Positions 8,904 through 18,703 of a stretch of 32,000 nt of DNA are shown here, one piece after another. The translations under genes were made by a program, and so were the position numbers. A model generated the notes under the pieces. That model was not told where the DNA came from, made no database searches, and saw only the letters and a program-made list of their open reading frames with translations. This stretch comes from an uncultured archaeon (GTDB lineage: Archaea > Asgardarchaeota > Thorarchaeia > Thorarchaeales > CAZPUN01): positions 30,001-62,000 of the forward strand of contig CAZPUN010000064.1 in assembly GCA_964589775.1 (NCBI GenBank). The letters run 5' to 3'. The stretch's first letter is position 1; the number at the start of each line of letters is the position of its first letter.

Positions 8904-9395
8904 TTAATTTTCAAAAGTATTCTTCCATAGATCGAAAATAAAATTATCTTCTGGATTCAATATTTTGTATTCTTCAAAAAATGGCTGTAATTTAAATTTG
9001 ATACTATTAATCATATTTTCTGTTATCTTGTTTTGCTCGCGTGCAAATTGTATGTACGTTCCCACTAACTTGAATAAGTATTGATATAAAAATTTCAATA
9101 AATCTTCTCGTATAGTCTTCTCGTACTTTGCTGCGAGCTCCCGAAATTTTGGTAAGGCTTCTAAAATTTCTCGAGTGTATTTTTCCAAAAGTGGAATCAG
9201 GTTTAATTCGATATCCTTTATACTTCTTATTTGTTTTATCTGTGCTATTGTGCGAGTGTACTTTAAAAAGACGCTCTCTGGTAATTTATCAATATCTCTA
9301 AACTTCGGCAAATATAAATCTATGAACACCTGTACTTCCATAGGGCTTTCTTTTGCCTTTTTAATTAATTGTTTAATATCTTCAATTCGAGACAT
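8904..9395 (-). CDS. Hypothetical alpha-helical protein
   Basis: Open frame with protein-like composition, co-oriented with rpl13e. Start ATG 9395 assumed (track 9434). No family recognised. Confidence 0.6.
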   Translation of the reverse strand: MSRIEDIKQLIKKAKESPMEVQVFIDLYLPKFRDIDKLPESVFLKYTRTIAQIKQIRSIKDIELNLIPLLEKYTREILEALPKFRELAAKYEKTIREDLLKFLYQYLFKLVGTYIQFAREQNKITENMINSIKFKLQPFFEEYKILNPEDNFIFDLWKNTFEN

Positions 9396-9583
9396 TATTT
9401 TTAGACCCTGTTTCTCTATATTTTTATTTTTCAATTGTTTGTTAAATACTTTAGCATATCAAAATCTATATGTATCGCCCTCGTGTCGAATTTAGTCTCT
9501 GCTATTTAATTTGTTGTTGCTTTTCTTTTTGAACGTTTTCACATGATTTTTGTAAAATAAAATAAAAAGGTAAAGAAATAAAC

Positions 9584-10546
9584 TTAGCGACTATACTGGC
9601 TCAAAAAGTTCCATATGATAGTGTTTGCATCTATATCATGAGTCATCTTTCCGATGGTATCTTCCGGTAGATATTGATAGCCATTAGGCCAAGTATGTCC
9701 GCCATGTAAGACACCGTAAAATACTACTTTTACACCAGTTGTCGGATTCATATATTGAACTGTCCAAACGCGTGTTCCATCATTTGGATCTTTGTCCGGC
9801 AGAACTGTCTTATTATACATGACAGAACAATTGTTGTGTGTTCTCCAGAATTCCACGGTTTCATTCACCGAAATGACTTCTCCAAGTATCTGGTCGTTAA
9901 ATTTTAGCAATCCACCATTCCATGGTACGATAGGATCTGCTGTTCCCTGTATATACAATATTGGCATAGGACCACTTGGATTACATGAACTTGAAAGATT
10001 TACCGTAAGAGGTGCATCTACAGGTGCAATGGCCGCTATCTTGTTAGTTAACTCACATGCGAGTCTATAGCTCATAAATGCTCCATTTGACATTCCCGTA
10101 ACATAAACGCGTTTCGTATCAATGTTGTAGTTGTCCGCAATATAATCAATCAGGTTGGAAATAAATTTCACATCGTCTATATTTTCTCGCTGAGTATAGT
10201 ATGCTTCGAGTCCTCTTCCATCATTCCAATGTTTTTGAATGCCATCCGGATAAACTACTAAAAAGTCATATTCTTCTGCAAGTTTGTTGAATCCATATTT
10301 TGTTAGTTTCTCCATGTTGAGCCCACTTCCGCCTCCTCCATGTAAGGCGATTAACAGCGGTACCTGCTTATTTGAATCGTGACTACTTGGAATGTATAAC
10401 ATAAAAGTTCGATTTAAGCCATCGACCTCAATCGAGCCTTGGATCCCAGTTTCATTTGTTCTGAACTTATATATCGCAATTACTGAAACTGAGACAACCA
10501 AAACTACAAGTATTATTATTGCAAGTCTTTTTCTCTCCATTCTCAA
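9584..10546 (-). CDS. Secreted or membrane-anchored PHB-depolymerase/LpqC-type esterase (alpha/beta hydrolase)
   Basis: N-terminal TM/signal, LHGGGG, VVYPDG, DDV.FI, GMSNGA nucleophile elbow, GTADP, GGHTWP. Confidence 0.88.
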   Translation of the reverse strand: MRMERKRLAIIILVVLVVSVSVIAIYKFRTNETGIQGSIEVDGLNRTFMLYIPSSHDSNKQVPLLIALHGGGGSGLNMEKLTKYGFNKLAEEYDFLVVYPDGIQKHWNDGRGLEAYYTQRENIDDVKFISNLIDYIADNYNIDTKRVYVTGMSNGAFMSYRLACELTNKIAAIAPVDAPLTVNLSSSCNPSGPMPILYIQGTADPIVPWNGGLLKFNDQILGEVISVNETVEFWRTHNNCSVMYNKTVLPDKDPNDGTRVWTVQYMNPTTGVKVVFYGVLHGGHTWPNGYQYLPEDTIGKMTHDIDANTIIWNFLSQYSR

Positions 10547-10729
10547 TCAGTCCCTTTTTTCTACATATTTAATAAAATAATTATTTTTTTCATTATTAAT
10601 GTTTTCTAAATTTTATATATTGATTTTTTATCGATTATTTACTTTAATATTAGTGTATTAATTAAAATATGCACAAAAAGACTTTTATTATATTTTTAAA
10701 AATTCTATGTTATTAATGTTGAAAAAGAG

Positions 10730-11695
10730 GTGTGTTTTGTGGGACTTTCAAATTCTACAAAAGCTAAACTAATATTACTCTTCCTTTCGCCAATCAGTGC
10801 GGAATTGGTAAGTGGAAGTACTCCACTTTTGTTATTTATACAACCAATTGTGCTTCTTACATTTCTAGGATATTATGGGGCAGCAGTGCTCATAATTCGG
10901 GAAATAAACGCACGTTGGCATAAGGGATACGTATCTTTGTTTATCCTGGGAATGGCTTATGGCATTATTGAGGAAGGGCTGACTATCAGAAGCTTCTTCA
11001 GTACAACTTGGCCGGATCTTGGAATCCTAGCGACTTATGGACGATGGGCTGGCGTAAATTGGGTCTGGGCTGTAAGTCTTACACTTATTCATGCAGTGAT
11101 TAGTATTTCTGTGCCTATATTTATTGTAGATTTAATGTATCCGGAATTAAAAGGAAAAAGTTTGATAGGTAATACTGGACTTGTAATTCTAAGCTTGATA
11201 TTTATAGCTGATGCATTATTCCTGATATTGCTTATTCCTGCAATTGTAGAACCTATACCGTATATTTCTGCAATTATTATTGTGATTTTACTCGGCGTAA
11301 TTGCGTATAAGATTCCTCCACAATTTGAATTTAGAGGCTCCAAACCGTTATTACATTCGTCTATTTACTTTGCTGTTATGACATTCTGGTCTGTTTTTCA
11401 ATGGATGATATTCGATAATATGCCGTATCTCAATCTACATCCTATTATCACGATTTCTTTCGGAGTTTTGTTATATCTTTTTGTATATCAGTGGTTGCGA
11501 TTGTTTAACTGGAACTCCGATCTTCCTAAGATCTGGTCAGTCGTGGGTGTATATTCGTTTTTCTTCTTCATTGATTTCTTGCTGGAATTTGTATTTATTT
11601 CGCCAACTGAACCCGGTCATGGAATGGCATTTGTGGCAATTGGATTCTTTATGTTTTTAATGTATGTGCGTAGAAAAATTAAGGCACGAAATTGA
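10730..11695 (+). CDS. Conserved multi-pass membrane protein of unknown function
   Basis: About nine to ten hydrophobic segments; AELVSGSTP, YGIIEEGL..RSFF and intramembrane H(AVIS). True start may be GTG 10739. Confidence 0.75.
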   Translation: MCFVGLSNSTKAKLILLFLSPISAELVSGSTPLLLFIQPIVLLTFLGYYGAAVLIIREINARWHKGYVSLFILGMAYGIIEEGLTIRSFFSTTWPDLGILATYGRWAGVNWVWAVSLTLIHAVISISVPIFIVDLMYPELKGKSLIGNTGLVILSLIFIADALFLILLIPAIVEPIPYISAIIIVILLGVIAYKIPPQFEFRGSKPLLHSSIYFAVMTFWSVFQWMIFDNMPYLNLHPIITISFGVLLYLFVYQWLRLFNWNSDLPKIWSVVGVYSFFFFIDFLLEFVFISPTEPGHGMAFVAIGFFMFLMYVRRKIKARN

Positions 11696-11947
11696 TTTTT
11701 CTTTTCTTCTTCTTTTTTGGAGGACTATTTTGTATTAATGCGTTTATTTTTTCAAGAATTTTTTTGATTAATCTCTAAAATTGCTTATTACAATACAAAT
11801 TTACGTTTTCAGAAAAATAAATATATGAGTTTTAACAATTAATAATTGGAAAATTAGTAGTGTTCTAAACAAAATTCGTGCTTGTATAGTTGTACTATAG
11901 TACGTATTATAATAAAATATAAAATCGAATATAGGAGTTGGTTTGCC

Positions 11948-12094
11948 CTGGCCAGCGTAGAAAAAATTTGTAAAAATTGTTATTATTATCGAATAAACAA
12001 ATGCTATGCGAAAGATCCCCCAGTAGTCCGCGGAAAAACCGCACGTTGTAATGTGCGTGATGAAAATGGAAAACTAATGTTTAGACCAAAATAG
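11948..12094 (+). CDS. Small four-Cys (putative Zn-binding) protein
   Basis: KICKNC-x7-C-x14-C...FRPK; ends 16 bp before pfkB. AGGAG lies 10 bp upstream of an in-frame CTG (track start TTG 11882). Confidence 0.55.
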   Translation: MASVEKICKNCYYYRINKCYAKDPPVVRGKTARCNVRDENGKLMFRPK

Positions 12095-12110
12095 ACCGAG
12101 GTAGGTTTAC

Positions 12111-13199
12111 TTGCCTCACAATTTTATCCCAGACCTTATTAAAACATTAAATAAATTAAAGCGTTTTCCCAAAGTTGTTGTTATGCCGGATTTTTTCATA
12201 GACCACTTTGTAGTTGTTAATATGAGTATTGATGAATTTATAAAGAAATTCCGAGAAATTGCTTTACAGGGCGGTGGAAATTTAATAGGCACTGAGCAGA
12301 TGATCCAACGCGGGGGAAACAGTGCAAATATAGCTTCTGCATTGTACAAACTTGGTGCGAAAGCGTACTTGATTGCGAAAACAAGTAAGATGGGATTACA
12401 TTATCTCAAAGGATATTTGGGAGATGATTTTGATTATTCCGGGATCAAGACCAATGGCAGATTATCTATGACTGTTTCAATTGAACTAAAGTATAATGAT
12501 GGCAAATCCAATGTAATGATCAGTGATAGTGGTTCTGCAGGAGATTTTCGATTTACTGACCTTAATGAGCAAGATATCAGCAAGATTATGGATTCTGATT
12601 TAGTATCTGTAGTTTGCTTAAATCATAACAAATATGGTGCTGAGCTTGCTAAGAAAGTCTTTCAGATAGCTCGACGTGCAGACGTACGAACTTATGTTGA
12701 TGTAGGAGATCCATCTCTTGTGCCTGAGCGAATTAATGAGGTTGTAAAATATGTATTAGAGCCCGGATTTGCTGATATATTTTCTGCCAATGAAAATGAG
12801 GTTTTGCGATTTGCAGCGTATTTTAATACAAAGTATTCTCGGTTCATTGGAATGACTCAGGATGCTAATGTATATAGGCAAGTTGCAAAAGACCTCTCAG
12901 AACACATTGCAGCTCGATTAGATTTGCACACGAAAACCTTTTCGGCATCTTATTCTAATGGCAAAGAAATTGCGATTTCGCCCACCTTCCGAGTTGAAGC
13001 AAAAATTGGATGTGGAGCAGGAGATTCTTGGAATGCCGGAAACATTTTTGCGGAAGTATTGAATCTTGGTGACCATAAACGATTATTGTTTGCTAATACA
13101 ATTGGTTCGCTGTATGTCTCTATGGGTTCAGCAACTCACCCAACTCTGGAGGAAGTAATAAGCTTCCTAAGAAGTAATCCGAAGCAATTTGTGGTCTAG
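12111..13199 (+). CDS. PfkB/ribokinase-family carbohydrate kinase
   Basis: GGNSANIA N-terminal motif, NENE, and GCGAGDSWNAG anion-hole motif. Confidence 0.9.
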   Translation: MPHNFIPDLIKTLNKLKRFPKVVVMPDFFIDHFVVVNMSIDEFIKKFREIALQGGGNLIGTEQMIQRGGNSANIASALYKLGAKAYLIAKTSKMGLHYLKGYLGDDFDYSGIKTNGRLSMTVSIELKYNDGKSNVMISDSGSAGDFRFTDLNEQDISKIMDSDLVSVVCLNHNKYGAELAKKVFQIARRADVRTYVDVGDPSLVPERINEVVKYVLEPGFADIFSANENEVLRFAAYFNTKYSRFIGMTQDANVYRQVAKDLSEHIAARLDLHTKTFSASYSNGKEIAISPTFRVEAKIGCGAGDSWNAGNIFAEVLNLGDHKRLLFANTIGSLYVSMGSATHPTLEEVISFLRSNPKQFVV

Positions 13200-13975
13200 T
13201 AGATATATGTTCCTCTAACATTTTCTCCTTTTAATGCGGCAATCAGCCATCCGTCCTTTTTGCCATTTCCAATGATGAATTTGGTCCTATTTCTTATTTG
13301 TGCTGCTTCAATTACTTTTGTCACGATTCCACCAGTTGCATCTTTGGTTTTCTTTAGGCCCTTTATGGTTTCCTCAGCCGAATCTTTTAGAATTTTTGAA
13401 ATTAATTTTGCATTTGGATTCTCTTTTGGATTTGCATCGAAGACGCCATCTACATCTGCTGCAAAGACGGCTATTTCTGGATTAAATTTCTCTGAAAGAT
13501 ATGCTAAAATCTGATCACCGGACAGAATACAGAATCTCATCGATAAGTCAAATACTACGTCACCGTATAGAACCGGCGTAAGTCCTTGATCAATAGCATG
13601 TTGGATAGGTTCTAAAAACATTGTCTTGATACGCTTATTTTCAGTTATTGTAATTGCGGATGTCTGAATGGATATTGCTTTTCTACCCGCTTCAATTAAT
13701 GATTCGACAACTTCATAGTTTAAACGTTCCATCGACTGGTGGGTTTTTATGAGTCCTTCATATTGTGATGGGTTGCTAAATCCTTTTTGAAGATTGTAGT
13801 TTAATGCATACGTATGACCAAATGAGCCGGCACCATGTATAACAATAATCTTTCCATCAAACTGGGCCACTTGTTTGCTTAATTTGTTGAGGATATCGTA
13901 ATTTATCACATGCTGTTCATCTTTAGGTGCAATTAATCCGCCACCAAATTTGACTATTGCTAATCTGTCTGCCAT
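13196..13975 (-). CDS. ipk: Isopentenyl phosphate kinase (amino-acid kinase family)
   Basis: KFGGG.I..K, IHGAGSFGH, PVLYGD, ILSGD, DVDGV..NP, DATGGI..K. Confidence 0.88.
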   Translation of the reverse strand: MADRLAIVKFGGGLIAPKDEQHVINYDILNKLSKQVAQFDGKIIVIHGAGSFGHTYALNYNLQKGFSNPSQYEGLIKTHQSMERLNYEVVESLIEAGRKAISIQTSAITITENKRIKTMFLEPIQHAIDQGLTPVLYGDVVFDLSMRFCILSGDQILAYLSEKFNPEIAVFAADVDGVFDANPKENPNAKLISKILKDSAEETIKGLKKTKDATGGIVTKVIEAAQIRNRTKFIIGNGKKDGWLIAALKGENVRGTYIY

Positions 13976-14272
13976 TTTTAGCTCACACTTTGAAAATTAA
14001 TTGATTTGAGGATAAATTCTAAAGTTAAATATCTATCGAATATTGTGATGCTTCATATATTGAACTAAGAGGGCTTATGCAAATGTTGTCGGGGTTAATA
14101 TTTCACGTATATTATGCTGTGTATATCTGTCTTGTCTTAATTCTATTTTGATGTTTTCTTTGGGCAAAGTTCAAAAGAGTTGTCCAAGTTCAGTTTTCTT
14201 TTATGTCTTCCTATGCACTTATGCTTTAGTATCTCATTGCTATTTAAAAAGAGATTATTTCTAGTTTCAGTC

Positions 14273-14291
14273 AAAAAACAAAAGAAAAAGA
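14273..14291 (-). terminator. Oligo-T terminator of the oxidoreductase operon
   Basis: T-rich run on the minus strand (tctttttcttttgtttttt) just after the beta-subunit stop. Confidence 0.5.
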
Positions 14292-14303
14292 GGTGAGATG
14301 CAT

Positions 14304-15251
14304 TTAGAATGATCCCATATCTGCCAATTTTGAGTAGAGTCTCCAGCGGCGATCTACCCACTCTTGGATCTTTTTGATATCCTCTTTACCCTGTTCATCA
14401 CGGAATAGATGTCTGAATCTACCCTGAGGCTTCAGGTATTCTTCAACTGGGATTCGTTCGGCTTTGCCTTCATAGAATTTCTTGGATTTGCCAGTGAATC
14501 TGAATTCACCATTGACCCATTCGCCAAGAATTACATAACCGGTATCAATTGCTAGTTGGGCAATTTTAATTGTATCGCCAGTTGGATATCTCCAGCCAGT
14601 TGGACATGGTGCATCTACTTGAATGTATTTCATACCTACAATATCTTTTGCATATGCGACTTTCTTGTATAGGTCTCGCCAATCTCCGACACTAGTCATG
14701 GCTACGTATGGGATATCATGTCCTGCAAGAATTCTGGGAACGTCTTTCTTGTGTTCTCTCTTTGCGCGGATATACTTACCGGCGGGTGTGGTTGTTGTTG
14801 ATGCGCCCATTGGAGTCTGGCTACTCGCTTGAATTCCAGTATTCATATATGCAGAGTTATCGTACATGATGTATAGGATGTTCTCATTTCTTTCTGCGGC
14901 ACCGGATAATGCTTGGAATCCAATATCTGCAGTACCACCATCACCTGCAAATACAACAACATTTGTCTTCTTACCCATGATCTTCTGTGCTCTTGAAATT
15001 CCACTTGTCACAGCTGCTGAGTTTTCAAATGCTACGTGAAGGAATGGTACTTTCCAAGCGTTCAAAGGATATGTTGCACCAAATACAATCAGACAGCATG
15101 CAGGTACATATACTATGGTATCTTCTCCAAGAGCTTTCATTGCGAGTCGTACAGCGATTGCACCACCACAACCTGCACATGCAGTATGTCCTGATGCAAA
15201 GTATTCCTCATCTGTAAGCTTTCTTGGACTAATCTTAATTGTTTCAGACAT
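14304..15251 (-). CDS. porB: Pyruvate/2-oxoacid:ferredoxin oxidoreductase beta subunit
   Basis: GHTACAGCG, TPP motif GDGG...DIG...YDN..YMNTG.Q, PCPTGW. Confidence 0.93.
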   Translation of the reverse strand: MSETIKISPRKLTDEEYFASGHTACAGCGGAIAVRLAMKALGEDTIVYVPACCLIVFGATYPLNAWKVPFLHVAFENSAAVTSGISRAQKIMGKKTNVVVFAGDGGTADIGFQALSGAAERNENILYIMYDNSAYMNTGIQASSQTPMGASTTTTPAGKYIRAKREHKKDVPRILAGHDIPYVAMTSVGDWRDLYKKVAYAKDIVGMKYIQVDAPCPTGWRYPTGDTIKIAQLAIDTGYVILGEWVNGEFRFTGKSKKFYEGKAERIPVEEYLKPQGRFRHLFRDEQGKEDIKKIQEWVDRRWRLYSKLADMGSF

Positions 15252-15264
15252 TTCATGACACCTC

Positions 15265-16470
15265 TTACTTCCTCACATCCACGTGGTCATACCACTGGTC
15301 ACCCGGCTTTCTGAAGTTCTCAGGAATTTCTCCTGTCTTCTTAATTTCAAGCAGGGTGTTGAACCATTCTTTAATTCCGTCCTTTCTTACATCACGGCCT
15401 CCGAGACCTGCCACGAATCCGATAACGGGTGGCTGATGCTTTGCACCGTATAATGCGGATTTGATTTCCTGTAGGAATTCTCCACCAAGACCGAATATTG
15501 CGGAACGGTCATGAACTCCGATTACATCTACCTGCTTGGCTATTTCTCGGATATCATCAACTGGGAATGGCCTTAATGATCTGATCTTTACAATTCCGAC
15601 GGGCTTTCCTTCTTCGCGTAATTCATCTACGGCAGCTCTGCCTGTGGAGTAGTTTGTACCTGCAGCGAATAGAGCTACCTCTGCACCGTCCATCTTGTAT
15701 GTTTCAATGAGTCCATTTCCGTATCTTCTACCGAACACTTCGTAGAATTCGTCCATGACTTTTGGCATGAGCTTTAGAGCCTCACGCATTGCAAGGTCTT
15801 GGTTCCATCTAAATTCTGGAGTGTATCGATGGTCACTCAGAGGTGCCATGGCAATCGGATGCTCGGTATCCAGCTTATATTCCAAGTCTAGTTCCGGTAA
15901 GAAATCATCTACCTGCTTGGGGTCTGGAATCTCTACAGGTTCGTATGTGTGTGATAGAATGAATGCATCAAGGTTGTTAATTTGTGGCAGCAAGACTCTC
16001 TTATCTTCACCTAAGCGGTAGTTAATAAGAATTGAGTCGAGTACCTCTTGATTGCTCTCATTAAAGTTAATAATGAATCCGGAGTCTCGCTCCGCCATAA
16101 TGTCATTATTCTCTGCGAGAATGTTAATTGGAGCTGCAAGTGTTCTATTAATTACAGACATACCAATTGGTAATCTTGCACCTGCAATCGCATATAGAAT
16201 CTCATGCATTAGAGCTAATCCCTGACTGCTTGTTGCAGTATATGATCTGAGACCAGAAGCCTCTGAACCAAATACGGCACTGGCTGCGCTGTGTTCAGAT
16301 TCTACACGGATGTATTCCGCATCCATTTCCCCATTTGCGACAAATTCACTCAGCTTTTCAACGACTGTTGTCTGAGGAGTAATTGGATAAGCTGCAACTA
16401 CTCGTACCTTAGCTACTTTTGCGCCATATGCACATGCGAGGTTTCCACTAATTATTTTTACTTCAGGCAT
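15265..16470 (-). CDS. porA: Pyruvate/2-oxoacid:ferredoxin oxidoreductase alpha subunit
   Basis: YPITPQT, ESEHSA, TATSSQGL, RPFP, GLGGRD. Confidence 0.93.
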   Translation of the reverse strand: MPEVKIISGNLACAYGAKVAKVRVVAAYPITPQTTVVEKLSEFVANGEMDAEYIRVESEHSAASAVFGSEASGLRSYTATSSQGLALMHEILYAIAGARLPIGMSVINRTLAAPINILAENNDIMAERDSGFIINFNESNQEVLDSILINYRLGEDKRVLLPQINNLDAFILSHTYEPVEIPDPKQVDDFLPELDLEYKLDTEHPIAMAPLSDHRYTPEFRWNQDLAMREALKLMPKVMDEFYEVFGRRYGNGLIETYKMDGAEVALFAAGTNYSTGRAAVDELREEGKPVGIVKIRSLRPFPVDDIREIAKQVDVIGVHDRSAIFGLGGEFLQEIKSALYGAKHQPPVIGFVAGLGGRDVRKDGIKEWFNTLLEIKKTGEIPENFRKPGDQWYDHVDVRK

Positions 16471-16481
16471 GCTTTAGCACC

Positions 16482-16778
16482 TCATTGTCTTTCCATAACT
16501 ATACAGTCCTTTACAGGACATACTGCCGCACAAATTCCGCAGCCCTTACAATAATCATAATTGATCTTTACTTTGAGCTTCTTGTTTTCATCTTCATAAC
16601 GCGTGATACATGCTTCTGGACAATATATCCAGCAGTTCAGACATCCGACACATTTGTCAATGTCGATCTTCGGTATGAAGCTCCTCCAACCGCCTGTCAG
16701 ATTCTCAAGTGAGGTGACAGGGCGTTCCACAACGGGTCCCGGAGTAATCTCACGTGCGGTCTTTAATTGTTCTTCCAT
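16482..16778 (-). CDS. porD: 2-oxoacid:ferredoxin oxidoreductase delta subunit (2x[4Fe-4S])
   Basis: TGGWR..P, CVGCLNCWIYCP and YCKGCGICAAVCP. Confidence 0.93.
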   Translation of the reverse strand: MEEQLKTAREITPGPVVERPVTSLENLTGGWRSFIPKIDIDKCVGCLNCWIYCPEACITRYEDENKKLKVKINYDYCKGCGICAAVCPVKDCIVMERQ

Positions 16779-16793
16779 TGTAATGACCTCTCT

Positions 16794-17360
16794 TTAGTCT
16801 TTTGAGACTCTTTCATATGCGATTTCTGCGGCTTTTGCGTTTAATTCGCCTGCTTTACCAGGCCACTTGTTCATAATTGCCTTCTTTGCATCTTCAACGC
16901 TAATGTGACCTGTGGCTTTTGCATATGCTCCCATCATTGGTGTGTTCAGAACTGGAAGTCCGGATACAAGCAGTCCTAATTCTAATGCGATTCCAGTACC
17001 ATCAAAAGTCCATACTTCTGCTTTTGTATCAAGATTTAGTTCGCTTGCCTTCTTTGGACTGTTAATAATTATTTTTCCATCGTCTTTAAGACCTTCAAGT
17101 ACATTTACCGCTTCCAGAAGTGTTGGGTCTAAAACTACAACAACATCTGGGGTATATACTTGACTTCGAATGTTGATTGGTTTATCAGAAATTCTTGTGA
17201 ATGCTTTAACTGGAGCACCACGACGCTCCGCACCAAAGAATGGAAATGCTTGGACTCCAGGCCATTTTCCGCTTATATAAGCAGCTTCAGCGAGAAGTTG
17301 AGCAGCGGTGACACCACCTTGGCCACCTCGTCCATGCCAGCGGATTTCATACATGACCAT
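16794..17360 (-). CDS. porC: 2-oxoacid:ferredoxin oxidoreductase gamma subunit
   Basis: [25 protein letters not shown]. Start ATG 17360 fits GGAG spacing (track 17369). Confidence 0.93.
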   Translation of the reverse strand: MVMYEIRWHGRGGQGGVTAAQLLAEAAYISGKWPGVQAFPFFGAERRGAPVKAFTRISDKPINIRSQVYTPDVVVVLDPTLLEAVNVLEGLKDDGKIIINSPKKASELNLDTKAEVWTFDGTGIALELGLLVSGLPVLNTPMMGAYAKATGHISVEDAKKAIMNKWPGKAGELNAKAAEIAYERVSKD

Positions 17361-17425
17361 TTTTATCATTCTCCATTTCCTAAGTTAATCATAAACGTGT
17401 ACGCATGTTTTTTGTAATATGTTTT

Positions 17426-17475
17426 CTTTTTAATACTTTCCATGATAGCGCTTTTTTAAAAATTAAACTATCATG
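17426..17475 (-). promoter_or_regulatory. Putative BRE/TATA of the por operon with an upstream 8-bp inverted repeat
   Basis: CATGATAG-N19-CTATCATG (17441-17475), followed on the minus strand by GAAAGTATTAAAAAG. Confidence 0.45.
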
Positions 17476-17596
17476 TTCCGTATCACTTCAGATTGTATTT
17501 ATTTATAAGTCTTATATTTCATATGTGCGGAAAAATAACTAATTTCACCCCTAAAAAACAAAAAAATGAACAAATGCCTTGACTATCTTCTCCAAA

Positions 17597-18523
17597 TTAA
17601 GCAGCAGTGCTATCGCTTCCAATCATTCTCTTATTGGGGCTTTGTGTTCCCTTTAGATTGTTTGTATAATTTCCCTTTACTATTGCATCCGTCATTCTCG
17701 CCACTCGTACCATTGCTTTGACATCATGAACCCGAATTATATTCGCACCACGATCAATGAGAATTGCCACAGAGGCGGCGGTTCCTTCAATACGGTCATA
17801 AGGCGGTAAGTCCAGAGTATATCCTATGAATGATTTTCGAGATGGTCCTGCAAGTATGGGATATCCCAACCGTTTGAACTTGTATAGCTCATTTATAATC
17901 TGAAGATTCTGCTCAACAGTTTTTCCGAAACCGATTCCCGGATCGATGATTATGTTTTCATCCTTTATGCCGTACCTGTGTGCGATTTCTATGCTTTCTT
18001 CTAACTCGCGTATTATATCTTCTATTAGATTCTCATATTCAATTCCCACAAATCGTGAGCCTAGTTTCTCTTCCTTCGCAACGTTCTTAGGCTTACTTCG
18101 ATTGTGCATGATTATTACTGGGCATTCGTATTTCACAACAACTTCTGCCATTTTGCGGTCCATTTTTAAGCCCCATACATCATTAACCCAATTGGCCCCT
18201 ACCTTCAATGCTTCTTCTGCAACCCTTGATTTATACGTATCCACAGATATGGGAACATCTACAACATCTCGTACAGCCTTGATGATCGGAATTACACGTT
18301 TTAATTCTTCATTTACGCTCAGCGGCTGGCTCCCGGGACGAGTACTCTCGCCTCCGATATCAATTATATCTGCACCGTCTTTAACAAATTGAATCGCTTG
18401 ATTTACTACTTCATCAATTGGTTTCTCTAACACGCCATCGCCTGAAAATGAATCGGGTGTCGCATTAATTATTCCCATTATATACGTTTTTGAAAAATAG
18501 TTTAATCTCTCCATGTAAATCAC
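17597..18523 (-). CDS. folP: Dihydropteroate synthase
   Basis: MGIINATPDSFSGDG, DIGGESTRPG, SVDTY, NDV, MH, DPGIGFGK, SRKSFI, IRVHDV. Confidence 0.95.
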   Translation of the reverse strand: MIYMERLNYFSKTYIMGIINATPDSFSGDGVLEKPIDEVVNQAIQFVKDGADIIDIGGESTRPGSQPLSVNEELKRVIPIIKAVRDVVDVPISVDTYKSRVAEEALKVGANWVNDVWGLKMDRKMAEVVVKYECPVIIMHNRSKPKNVAKEEKLGSRFVGIEYENLIEDIIRELEESIEIAHRYGIKDENIIIDPGIGFGKTVEQNLQIINELYKFKRLGYPILAGPSRKSFIGYTLDLPPYDRIEGTAASVAILIDRGANIIRVHDVKAMVRVARMTDAIVKGNYTNNLKGTQSPNKRMIGSDSTAA

Positions 18524-18703
18524 TTACCTCGTTTCTTTTGATATGGGAAAATAGTTACAATAATTTAATTTTTTTAAATGTAATTGGACAATTGGATGAG
18601 TCTTTTTGTATCTTTCGAACTTTCTTATATGATTGTTAAATTCATTCAAAATGTGTATATCACTTCACTCATGCATTTTTTAGAAATACAAAAAAATAAG
18701 GAT

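Noticed and set aside
11948-12094. Firm call as ribosomal protein L40e
   Set aside because: Cys spacing differs from the L40e CxxC...CxxC pattern; kept as an unassigned small Cys protein.
13976-14303. Possible RNA gene or small ORF (14143-14361) in the long intergenic gap
   Set aside because: AT-rich, no tRNA cloverleaf or stable stems seen; the ORF overlaps the porB end and its terminator.
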